A stretch of DNA of 64,000 nt, taken from Desulfatiglandales bacterium. GTDB lineage: Bacteria > Desulfobacterota > DSM-4660 > Desulfatiglandales > Desulfatiglandaceae. Each line of letters opens with the position of its first letter. The first letter of the stretch is position 1. The position numbers were made by a program, and so were the translations under genes. Shown piece by piece: positions 9,390-18,226 of this stretch. The DNA is taken from positions 3,968,001 through 4,032,000 of the forward strand of contig OY759599.1 in the NCBI GenBank assembly GCA_963662465.1. Reading direction: 5' to 3'. The notes under the pieces were generated by a model. The model was not told the DNA's origin. It was given only the letters and a program-made list of their open reading frames with translations, and ran no database searches.

Positions 9390-9756
9390 TTCCTCAATAA
9401 GCATTGCCCTTAACCGAAAAATCTAATCCCCTCTTCTCTGCCATCACCATATTGATGGTATCCTCATCACTGATTCTTCAACCAGAACGCTACGTGTCTC
9501 ACCAGCATTTTTAAAATACCATCTGATATACTCTTTCATGCAACCTCTAACAAATTTACAAGAAAACCCTTCTAAAAGGAAAAGACCAGTGCGCAATATC
9601 TGGTTCCGTTTGGAGTAGCAAAACTGGTTCCATTTTGGTTAGCGCCCAAGGAGTACTTCCATAAATCCTCACCCCAAACCGGCCAAGATCGTGCAAGACT
9701 GCCAGATGAATCTTACATTATTTGCCTTTAATTTGTTGCCAAAAATACCTGCCTGA

Positions 9757-12639
9757 TTACCCCAGGACCTTCTTCAAAACATGTTCAAGATCAGATATTT
9801 GATACGGCTTGGCCATGGCCCCCCGAAAGCCGTATTCCTCAAAATGGGCCAATACCGGGTCATTGAAATAGCCGCTGCAGACGATGGCCTTTACATCCGG
9901 ATCGATTTTGAGGAGTTCCTTGATGGCCTGTTCGCCACCCATTCCCTCTTTAATGGTCAGATCCAGAATAACCCCGTCAAAATGTTCTCCTGAATCCAGA
10001 TGGTTGTTGTAAATTTTAATGGCTTCCACACCATCCTTTACGGTTTCTACTTCATACCCCAATCGTTCCAGCATCCTCCGGGCCAGATTTCTCAGCATTT
10101 CCTCATCGTCCATGACCAGAATTTTTTGGATTGTTGATTGTTGATTGGCGATTGTTGATTGGGCTTGCGCATCATCACGCTGAGCGGCTGCTCCGTGCAA
10201 TGTGGCGCCTGTTTCACCAGGGCTCTCTGAGCATTCGGAAGCAGGGAGGTACATGAGTACGGTGGTTCCCTCGCCAGGAGCCGAAGTCACGGCAATATGT
10301 CCGCCATGATTTCGAAGGATGGCGTAGGCAGTGGTCAGCCCCAGGCCCATTCCCTTTTGGACGCCTCTTTCCTTTGTGGAAAAATAGGGATCAAAGATTT
10401 GACTCAGGTGTTCTTTTGAAATACCTCGCCCCTCATCTTTGATGGAAACCCTCACATACTTCCCTTTCTTGAGAGGCAATTCGGAGCCCAAGCCTTTATC
10501 CTCAATGACTTTATTTTCCGCCTTGATGATGATGCTCCCGCCCTGGGCCATGGCCTCAGCGGCGTTCATAAGCACATTGCTGATGGCGTACTGCATCTGC
10601 CTTAGATCATATTCCACGAGCCAGAGATTATCCTGGATGGTAAAGATCGTCAATACTCCATTGGCCCGGGTCTGTTGCGGGATATCTTTCAGGAGGCTCT
10701 CCATAGACCCCGGTTTTTTTACGGGATGCCCTCCCCGGGAGAGGGTCATAAGTTCATGGGTCAGATCCCGTGCTTTCAAGGATGCCTGTTCAGCCTCATC
10801 AAGGAATCCTGACAGGTGCGAATGGGGTGCGGTTTCCTCCCGGGCCATGGAGAGGTTCCCCATGATCATGGCCAAGAGATTGTTGTAATCATGGGCAATG
10901 CCGCCTGTTAGCGTGCTGATGGCTTCCATTTTCCGAGCTTGGAGAAGCTCCTCTCTGAGTTGCCTTTCTTTGGTTATATCGATGAACAATCCTTTCAGAC
11001 CCCTGAAGCGATCCCCGACGTAAATCGGTCGCGAGGAGGACCTGACCCAGTGGTATTCCCCCGTTTTGGCCCGCAGCCGATATTCAGAGGGCCTGAGGAT
11101 TCCCTTCTCAATGTCCTGAAATCTGCCCTGTATGACGGGAAGATCATCGGGGTGCAAAAATTCAGTAAAAGACTTTCCCATGAACTCCGAAAGATCATAT
11201 CCCATAACGGGTGTTGCCCGGGGGCTGATGTAGGTAATAAGACCATCCTCATCGATGGAATAGATCACATCATTGATGTTTTCCACCAGATCGCGATAGC
11301 TTTCGGCGGTCTCCCTGACCCTGGCAAGCAGGATGTCATGTTCCGCCTCCAGGGCCTTTTGCCGGGTCACATCCCGCCCGCAACCCACAGTGCCGATAAT
11401 GCCACCGTTTTCATCCAGAAAAGGCGCCTTGAGAACTTCCAGATGAACAAATCGACCCTTTACGTATCCGGCTTCGTCAAATTTCCCCGGCTGTTTGCTT
11501 TCCAGGACGATTTTCTCCGAATCAGCATGACCGTCCCCCAGGGTATGCCGCTGGGGATCACCGGGCCGCCTTTGCTTCTCCCGATCGATGAAATAGGCCT
11601 CTGTCTTACCGATGGGCTCATCCGTATCTTTTGCCATCAACCGGTTTCGACACGTGGCTTCATTTGCAAAAAGAAACCTTCCTTCCAGATCTTTGGCCCA
11701 GATCATGTCGGGCGCATTGTCGAACATCAACCGCATGGCGCCGTAGAGGGATTTATGTTTCAGTTCACTTTCCGCCAGGGTTTGCGCAGTCTGTTTCTGG
11801 TCTGTAATATCAAGAATTTGAACCAGATAACCCCTAATGGATTCTTCTTCGGTAATTCCCAATGGCGTAATTTGCACATCGAGATAGGCAATGCCTGATT
11901 TTGTCGTTTTATACAGATTCAGTTTTTTAACTTTTTCAAAATCAAATGCCGCTTCATATCTTATGCTTTCATGTTTCCGGAGCCGCGTTTTATTATCATC
12001 AGAGATATTGGGATCATCAAATAATTTGAAACCCATTATTTCCGAAACCGCTGAAAGACCGAAGATATCCAGACAGGCTTTATTGACATGCTGGAGTTCT
12101 CCACCAACGTTGTAAATTTCAATCCCGATGGGTGATTGTTCGTAGATGGTTTTGAAACGCTCCTCGCTCGCCCGCAGCGCCTTTTCGGTTTTCTTTCGTT
12201 CTGCTATCTCCCGCTTTAAATCAAGGTTCGTTTGCTCAAGATGATCATAGGCGGCCTTGAGTTTCAATTCCAGGTTCCTTCTGCACAGCACAATCTCGAT
12301 AACCCCTCTGATTTCATTTTCGTCAAAAGGCTTCATCACATAACCGAAGGGTTCCACCTCCCTGGCTCTTTCGATATATTCCGGATCATCGAATCCGGTA
12401 ATAAACACCACTGCCGCGTCTATTTCCCCCTTGATCTTCCGTGCGGCGGAAATACCGTCGAGTTCTCCCGGCATGACCACATCCATCAGAATCAGGTCGG
12501 GCTTTAAATCACGGGCCATTTCAACCGCAGACAGGCCCGTATCGGCAACCCCCACAACATCATAGTTTATGTGGGTAAGATATTCCTCCAACTCCATCTG
12601 AATGGCGGCATCGTCATCGGCGATCACGATTCTCGGCAT
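9757..12639 (-). CDS. REC-PAS-PAS-PAS hybrid histidine kinase-REC
   Basis: N-terminal REC (IVIADDD, DLILMDV), H-box GGIAHDYNN, GMGLGL and a C-terminal REC. The ATG at 12639 follows a GGAG. Confidence 0.92.
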   Translation of the reverse strand: MPRIVIADDDAAIQMELEEYLTHINYDVVGVADTGLSAVEMARDLKPDLILMDVVMPGELDGISAARKIKGEIDAAVVFITGFDDPEYIERAREVEPFGYVMKPFDENEIRGVIEIVLCRRNLELKLKAAYDHLEQTNLDLKREIAERKKTEKALRASEERFKTIYEQSPIGIEIYNVGGELQHVNKACLDIFGLSAVSEIMGFKLFDDPNISDDNKTRLRKHESIRYEAAFDFEKVKKLNLYKTTKSGIAYLDVQITPLGITEEESIRGYLVQILDITDQKQTAQTLAESELKHKSLYGAMRLMFDNAPDMIWAKDLEGRFLFANEATCRNRLMAKDTDEPIGKTEAYFIDREKQRRPGDPQRHTLGDGHADSEKIVLESKQPGKFDEAGYVKGRFVHLEVLKAPFLDENGGIIGTVGCGRDVTRQKALEAEHDILLARVRETAESYRDLVENINDVIYSIDEDGLITYISPRATPVMGYDLSEFMGKSFTEFLHPDDLPVIQGRFQDIEKGILRPSEYRLRAKTGEYHWVRSSSRPIYVGDRFRGLKGLFIDITKERQLREELLQARKMEAISTLTGGIAHDYNNLLAMIMGNLSMAREETAPHSHLSGFLDEAEQASLKARDLTHELMTLSRGGHPVKKPGSMESLLKDIPQQTRANGVLTIFTIQDNLWLVEYDLRQMQYAISNVLMNAAEAMAQGGSIIIKAENKVIEDKGLGSELPLKKGKYVRVSIKDEGRGISKEHLSQIFDPYFSTKERGVQKGMGLGLTTAYAILRNHGGHIAVTSAPGEGTTVLMYLPASECSESPGETGATLHGAAAQRDDAQAQSTIANQQSTIQKILVMDDEEMLRNLARRMLERLGYEVETVKDGVEAIKIYNNHLDSGEHFDGVILDLTIKEGMGGEQAIKELLKIDPDVKAIVCSGYFNDPVLAHFEEYGFRGAMAKPYQISDLEHVLKKVLG

Positions 12640-12705
12640 AATTGAGGCTCCTGTACACAACGTGTTCTAATGGATCCCAGGACAGTTCCTGGGGATTTTT
12701 CTCTT

Positions 12706-13125
12706 CTATTTGACCGGGGCGGCAATCGTTGTTCGTCCTTCCAACACCTCCTTCAATCTCTCAGCCAATGTCGAGATCAAGAACGGTTTCTGAATAAAGG
12801 CTTGGGCGCCGGCGTCCAGTATCTCCCGGGCAGGGCCGTCTATGCTGTAGCCGCTGCACACGATAACCCAGCGTCTCTAACATCTTTCCAAAAAAGTTTC
12901 ACGATCGGCGCTTCGTCTTCAATCACCAGGACAACCCTCTCATCCGTGAGCAAATCAACCGCTGGCGCGGAAACGACCCTTTCCACCACCTCCCCTTCAA
13001 CCCCTTCCACAGTCTCCAAAGCAGGCAGGTACAGGGTGACCATCGTCCCTTTGCCCGATTCTGATGCCACGGTGATGGTGTGCCGTCATGGTTTTTTATA
13101 ATACCGTAAGCCGCTGGCATTCCAA
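12706..13125 (-). pseudogene. 3' remnant of a hybrid histidine kinase (HATPase end plus REC)
   Basis: Pieces in shifting frames: MPAAYGIIKNHDG / VASESGKGTMVTLYLP / VLVIEDEA / VIVCSGYSIDGPAREILDAGAQAFIQKPF...*. Confidence 0.75.
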
Positions 13126-13416
13126 GCCCGCGGCCGATAAAAGGCGGGACAGATGTACCGTCCCCGGGTAGTTGAGCATGAGCATGGCGTCTTCCGCCAC
13201 GGCGCCGGTAAAAATCTGGTGAACCGTGGCAATTTCTTCATGAACAAATTCGCCCAGACAATCCTTAAGTTCATGAATGGGATGAATGCTCACCTTCGGG
13301 ACTTCCAGCAGAACCCGATGGCCGGTGAGCTCCGACAGCGACGCGGCGGCCCGGGAAAAGGCGATGTTGATCACTTCCGTGAGGGCATCGCTCTGATTTT
13401 CAGTGAGAAACATCAT
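13096..13416 (-). pseudogene. cheC: CheC-like protein, 3'-truncated and fused to the kinase remnant
   Basis: DALTEVINIAFSRAAASLSELTGHRVLLEVP...VHQIFTG. Ends after ~100 aa at the junction with kinase sequence. Confidence 0.75.
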
Positions 13417-13529
13417 GGTTTTTTTCCTTTCAGGGCCTCTGCAACAATTGAAGTATCTTTTCCAGAACATCCAATGCATGTACCCCTCTATTTTTTAACC
13501 GCCAAGACCTTGAACCGGCGGCCCGGCAC

Positions 13530-13659
<130 letters not shown>

Positions 13660-14050
13660 TCGAGCTATGGAACATGGCGGGACTCCTAAAGCGGCAAGCC
13701 GCAGTTTTAGGGTTTAAGTTTTAAGTTTTAGGTTTTAAGTTTTAAGTTTTTCTATCAATGAATTCATGTTGTTATATTGATCATCTTGTTTTTTTTCGAA
13801 GAATTCAATCTGTAAGTCACCAATAAATCGTCGCTTGATCGGAATGTATCCTCTGTTATCCATTCTTTCCGCAAACCTGTTTTTTGTCAACCCTAAAGCA
13901 GTCGTTGATGCCTCGGTCCTTTGCGCTTTTGCCAACAGTTTCCCCCTGTCACTGCCAATACCCGCAAATCCCAAAAAAAAGTTGTCCTTATTAACGTTAC
14001 AGCTTATAATAAAAATTAATTTAAGCATTAAGCTTTTGAGGAGGCACATC

Positions 14051-14263
14051 ATGGAAGCAATTGAGTTTAAAGCGAAAATCAAAAACGGGTTTATTCGAGT
14101 TCCTGAAAAATTTAAACAAAGAACCGACAGCAACGTAAAGGTCATTTTAATAAGTGAACAAAAGGTCAGCCAAACCGATATAATCGATAAGCTGTTGTTA
14201 AATCCTATAAAATCAAAGGATTTTTCACCTTTTTTGAGAGAAGAAATTTATGAACGGTTTTAA
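14051..14263 (+). CDS. Small antitoxin-like protein (AbrB-like N-terminus), orphan
   Basis: GAGGAGG RBS; MEAIEFKAKIKNGFIRVPE...LREEIYER. No partner toxin follows. Confidence 0.6.
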   Translation: MEAIEFKAKIKNGFIRVPEKFKQRTDSNVKVILISEQKVSQTDIIDKLLLNPIKSKDFSPFLREEIYERF

Positions 14264-14274
14264 TGTAAAGCCTG

Positions 14275-14450
14275 AGAGCCTGTCTAAAAATTATCTCGTC
14301 GCGAGGTTGAGCGAGGTTTTCGAGGGCAAGGAAGCGATAAAAATGGGGCTGAAAGCGTAGTAGCGCTACGGTGAAGACCCATTTTTGTCGCTGACGCAGC
14401 CACCGGAAACCGCAGCCGACCGCAGCAGAGATAATTTTCAAACAGGCTCT
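14275..14450. mobile_element. MITE-like palindromic element
   Basis: Terminal IRs AGAGCCTGTCTAAAAATTATCTC / GAGATAATTTTCAAACAGGCTCT (21/23); interior is self-complementary. Confidence 0.7.
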
Positions 14451-14741
14451 TAGCAACGCTGCGAGGAGGATTTTGGTGGAACGTTAAACGGGTTCCTATG
14501 ATGAAAGGGTAAGAGAGAGCAAATTTTGCGCCATCTCATCGTCGGACACAGGTGGGCTCCTCCTGAAATGTTACCTTGCCGGCTAATGAGCCTAATATAA
14601 TTGAATTATGCGAAGCCCTGCATACCATCAATAAAAAACCCCGCCGTATTGCCGGAGTTTGAGACGTCCAATCTTCTGTCGATTTACCTTGACAGTACAA
14701 TGAGATGGTTGGTAGCATCAAAACAAACCGGTATTGAAAAA

Positions 14742-14948
14742 ATGATATTAAATAACAAACAATTAGAGACGCTTTCAAAAGTATTTATTGATTTCGGCAA
14801 GATCATATTTGCAGCCCTTGTAGTCGGCAACTTCTTGCCGAAAAACATTGTCCTCATAAACTATACACTGATAGGCATCGGTTTGCTGATTTCCGCTATA
14901 TCCATTATTTTCGGCGTCTTTCTTCTCAAAGGAGATAACAATAAATGA
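14742..14948 (+). CDS. Small two-TM membrane protein
   Basis: MILNNKQLETLSKVFIDFGKIIFAALVVG...; two hydrophobic segments. Confidence 0.55.
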   Translation: MILNNKQLETLSKVFIDFGKIIFAALVVGNFLPKNIVLINYTLIGIGLLISAISIIFGVFLLKGDNNK

Positions 14949-15043
14949 CCGGCTTGCTTTTAATAGGCGCTTTCATAATCGTAGGTGGCCTGGTAGCGCT
15001 TTATTTTGCTCGCGACAGAAAAGCCCGGTACCGATCTCGTTAA
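14945..15043 (+). CDS. 32-aa single-TM peptide
   Basis: Hand translation MTGLLLIGAFIIVGGLVALYFARDRKARYRSR*; AGGAG RBS and ATGA overlap with the upstream gene. Confidence 0.5.
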   Translation: MTGLLLIGAFIIVGGLVALYFARDRKARYRSR

Positions 15044-15067
15044 TCCGCGTTGAGCCGATGGTTTTTT

Positions 15068-15649
15068 CTATTTGGGAGATTTGATATAGTGGTTTCTATG
15101 AATTCTCGGCTCTTTACGGGGAGGAGACTTTGTGGCCCCTCCGGGTGTTCCGATGGGAATGATCCCGGCGATTTCAAGGTGTTCCGGAATATTCAGAAGC
15201 GGACGCAGTTTTTCAGGCCTGAAGAATGTAAACCAGAGGGCGCCCAGTCCCATATCCGCGCATGCAAGGAGCATATTTTGGACACAGGCTGAAGCAGCCT
15301 GGATAGCGCCATATTCCTGACCAAAATACGCCCCCAAACCCCCACGGGACGGATCGACAACAACCACTATCAGAAGGGGCGCTTCCTTCAGAAAGTCCAT
15401 TTCATACCCTGCTGCCCATGAGGGGCCGTTCTTCGCCTTGACTTCTCCTTTGGCATCTTCACCGACCATCCGGACCTGAGCTTTGAGTTGGGGGTCATCA
15501 ATAAGGATGAATTCCCACGGCTGCAAATTCAGGGGACTCGGCGCCCATCGGCCGGCTTCAAGAATACCTGCCAATTGAGCCTCGGAGGGGGTGGTTTTTT
15601 CAAACGATCGAAAACTCCTTCTTGCTTTTACCAGTTTCTCGAATTCCAT
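15068..15649 (-). CDS. Nitroreductase family protein
   Basis: RRSFRSF, APSPLNLQPWEF, QNMLL..GLGALW; GAGGAG RBS. Confidence 0.92.
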   Translation of the reverse strand: MEFEKLVKARRSFRSFEKTTPSEAQLAGILEAGRWAPSPLNLQPWEFILIDDPQLKAQVRMVGEDAKGEVKAKNGPSWAAGYEMDFLKEAPLLIVVVVDPSRGGLGAYFGQEYGAIQAASACVQNMLLACADMGLGALWFTFFRPEKLRPLLNIPEHLEIAGIIPIGTPGGATKSPPRKEPRIHRNHYIKSPK

Positions 15650-15680
15650 AACACTCCTCATCGTATACGCTGATATAATG

Positions 15681-16004
15681 TTAAAGTTCTATGGCTTGCC
15701 CCGTTTTTTTTATTTCATCTATAAAAATACCCCCCCCCGAAAAATCCTCAGGAGTGAAAGGTATTGGTTCGATCCTGCTATCAACCCCTCTTCTGAGCGG
15801 AACAATCATTCTTCTATCAGAAAATCTGTCTCCCGTAAAATTACTTGACACGATGGCAATATCTATATCACTATCTTCCCTGTAGTTACCTTTAACATAC
15901 GACCCAAACAATAAAGCTTTTTGGATGGGAATATTTTTCCCTTTAAGTATTAGGAGGTACTCTTTAACCAATTCTATGATTTGTTGATTAATAAAAGAAG
16001 CCAT
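15681..16004 (-). CDS. Minimal nucleotidyltransferase (MNT antitoxin)
   Basis: LFGSYVKGNYREDSDIDIAIV (GS...DxD). Confidence 0.9.
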   Translation of the reverse strand: MASFINQQIIELVKEYLLILKGKNIPIQKALLFGSYVKGNYREDSDIDIAIVSSNFTGDRFSDRRMIVPLRRGVDSRIEPIPFTPEDFSGGGIFIDEIKKTGQAIEL

Positions 16005-16258
16005 TCTCTCATCTCCTCAATCTGTTGCATCTTGGCACTTGTAAAATCCAATGTACATTTTTTATAAAACGACAGTTTTTCATCCGGATACCTTGCTTCT
16101 AAATTATAGTCAGATATTTCCTCTAACAAATCAATTTTCTTATCGCTCATGCCTATAGATGCTTTTTCAGCTATATATGAAAGATTGTGCGAAAATGGCG
16201 GTGTTTTATTCATTTTGTGAACAAAAATAGCCTTCAAAATTTTCCAGGATAATTTCAA
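15974..16258 (-). pseudogene. HEPN domain protein, 5'-truncated
   Basis: KILKA...PPFSHNL...EARYPD; the N-terminal part of a typical HEPN appears absent and there is no good start or RBS. Confidence 0.7.
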
Positions 16259-16305
16259 GCCCTTATTATGCTTATCAGGGGTCGCCCATTAAAGGGCTTG
16301 TCAAA

Positions 16306-16329
16306 TGGGATGGGGATATCCCCATCCCA
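16306..16329. terminator. Perfect 24-bp palindrome after the ABC binding-protein gene
   Basis: TGGGATGGGGAT/ATCCCCATCCCA. Confidence 0.55.
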
Positions 16330-16339
16330 GAGGGAACGT

Positions 16340-17566
16340 CTATCGGCCTTTGATCTGTTTCAATTCTTCGGCGGAACGGCAGATTTCCGCACCCTGTATG
16401 GCATCAAAGCTTTTGGGCATTGAAAATCCGTATTTTTCATTGTAGGTGGTCAGGCCCCAAAGGCAATCTTCAACCACCTGATGATCTTCGGGTCTCATGA
16501 TTTTCCATCCTTCCGGGGTGTCCCAGGCGAGGGGCTCCCGGTCCACGGCCGCGATAATCTTTTCCGTATCAGTGGCGCCCGCTCGCTCTATTGCCGCCTT
16601 GATGAAATAGACCCCGGCATAGGTCTCCCCGGCCATATAGTCGGGGTATTCTTTGTACCGTTCGTAATAGGCCTTTACAAAATTTCGGTTCAAAGAGGAA
16701 TCGGGTGTGGTGAAAAAGTACCTCGATGACACATAGATCCCTTCCGGCATATCCTTTCCCATGGGCACCAGAACCTCGAGTGCCCCGGCACAGGGGAATG
16801 CAAATTTGATGTTCTTGAAAATTCCCGTGGGCAGGGCCTGCCTGATGAAATTAACCGCGTCCTCGCCCCACAGGGGAGACCAGACCACATCCGGCTTGGC
16901 TTCCTGAATCTGTTTGATGTAGGTTGAATAATCCTTTGCGAAAAATTTGGGGAACAGCTCCCCCACGATTTCTACATTCGGATTCAGTTCCTTGAGTTTT
17001 GCTTTAAACATATTCCAGGAAGAGTGCCCATAGGAGTAATCGGGAGCAATACACATATACCGTTTATAGGGCTTGGAGGCCAGCAGATAGGCACCCGAGC
17101 GGGCGTGCATCATGGCGTTGCTGAGGGTGCTGAAGATGTAGGGATGGCGTTTGGCGCCCGTGAGGACATCGGCCGCGGCCTGGGTGACGATCAGGATTTT
17201 TTTGTTTTTCCTGGCGATTTCCGTGAGCGGCATGGCCAGCCCGCTGGAGGTGGGGCCCATGAGGAAATCCACCTTGTCCACATTGATGAATTTTTCCGCA
17301 AGTGCAACGGCGATATCCTTTTTGAGCTTTGTATCTTCAACAATCGCTTCCATCTTTCGGCCCAGGATGCCGCCGCCGGCGTTGATTTCATCAACCGCCA
17401 GTTGAATGGCCTGGCGACCGTGTTTGCCGTATCCCCCCACTTTTCCCGATGAAATAAACATGGCCCCCAGTTTGATGGGCGGCATTTCCGCAAAGGCATT
17501 GCCCAGGGCAAAAACCAGATTCAGAAAAACAACGGCAAATCCTGTCAACCATCTCTTTTTGTTCAT
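16340..17566 (-). CDS. Branched-chain amino acid-type ABC substrate-binding protein
   Basis: Signal peptide, AVDEINAGGGILGRK, APDYSYG; AAGGAGG RBS before MNKKRW. Confidence 0.9.
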   Translation of the reverse strand: MNKKRWLTGFAVVFLNLVFALGNAFAEMPPIKLGAMFISSGKVGGYGKHGRQAIQLAVDEINAGGGILGRKMEAIVEDTKLKKDIAVALAEKFINVDKVDFLMGPTSSGLAMPLTEIARKNKKILIVTQAAADVLTGAKRHPYIFSTLSNAMMHARSGAYLLASKPYKRYMCIAPDYSYGHSSWNMFKAKLKELNPNVEIVGELFPKFFAKDYSTYIKQIQEAKPDVVWSPLWGEDAVNFIRQALPTGIFKNIKFAFPCAGALEVLVPMGKDMPEGIYVSSRYFFTTPDSSLNRNFVKAYYERYKEYPDYMAGETYAGVYFIKAAIERAGATDTEKIIAAVDREPLAWDTPEGWKIMRPEDHQVVEDCLWGLTTYNEKYGFSMPKSFDAIQGAEICRSAEELKQIKGR

Positions 17567-17587
17567 TGCGACCTCCTTGAGTTGTGG

Positions 17588-17612
17588 GTAACCGTTCACG
17601 GTTTACGGTTAC
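17588..17612. mobile_element. Collapsed 25-bp copy of the GTAACCGTTCAC-type MITE
   Basis: GTAACCGTTCACGGTTTACGGTTAC flanked by a near-direct 8-bp repeat AGTTGTGG/ATTTGTGG. Confidence 0.55.
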
Positions 17613-17670
17613 ATTTGTGGTTTGTTTTTATCCCGAGGGCTTAAAAATCCCTTAAACGCCGGTTGCACGA

Positions 17671-18189
17671 CTACTTTTTCAAAATAACGGGTTCCGGATT
17701 CTTTTCCGAAATAACGCTGTCCCAGAATGCTTTTTCTCCTTTCTGCCACCCGGGACCAAAGGCCTTGTTGAAAAACCCGCCCAAACGATCAAAAACCTTT
17801 CGCCACCCCCTGTGATGGCTCAGGGTCAAAACGTCTTCCAGAAACTTCGTAATCTCAGCCATTTTTTCCTTGGGAATAAAAGCCCTTGCGCCCAGTTCAA
17901 TGGATTTCTTAAGGGATTCCCGGGTCATGGCATGGGCCGTGAGCATGACGGCGGGGTAGCCCAGTGCGCAGGCCGCGTTTAACAGGTCAAAGCCCCTGAC
18001 CCCCATGATATCCAGAATGACCACATCGTAGGTCCAGCTTCTGAGAAGATGGTAGCCCGTTTCGTAATCCAGTGCCTTGTCAAAGATGAGACCGTCGAAA
18101 TCCTCCAGATGTTCCTCCAGCGTTTCCAGGACATCCGGTTCATCATCTACCGCCAGTATCCGTTTGTTGTTGAGTGTACTCTCAGACAT
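17671..18189 (-). CDS. Response regulator receiver protein
   Basis: ILAVDDE, VILDIMG, MLTAH, FIPK. Confidence 0.9.
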   Translation of the reverse strand: MSESTLNNKRILAVDDEPDVLETLEEHLEDFDGLIFDKALDYETGYHLLRSWTYDVVILDIMGVRGFDLLNAACALGYPAVMLTAHAMTRESLKKSIELGARAFIPKEKMAEITKFLEDVLTLSHHRGWRKVFDRLGGFFNKAFGPGWQKGEKAFWDSVISEKNPEPVILKK

Positions 18190-18226
18190 TCCGATGTCTC
18201 CTCGTCCCCTGGTGTTTGTCTGTTTT

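Larger units (their letters stand above)
4926..9650 (+). mobile_element. Extended IS21-family transposon (4725 bp) with accessory genes
   Basis: 50-bp imperfect inverted repeats at 4926-4975 and 9601-9650 (37/50 identical, each with two GCTA...GAACCA sub-repeats) enclose istAB plus four other ORFs. No target-site duplication. Confidence 0.8.

Noticed and set aside
9396..9539. Small minus-strand ORF inside the IS right end (MKEYIRWYFK...)
   Set aside because: Only ~31 codons unless a frameshift is assumed, with no recognisable family.
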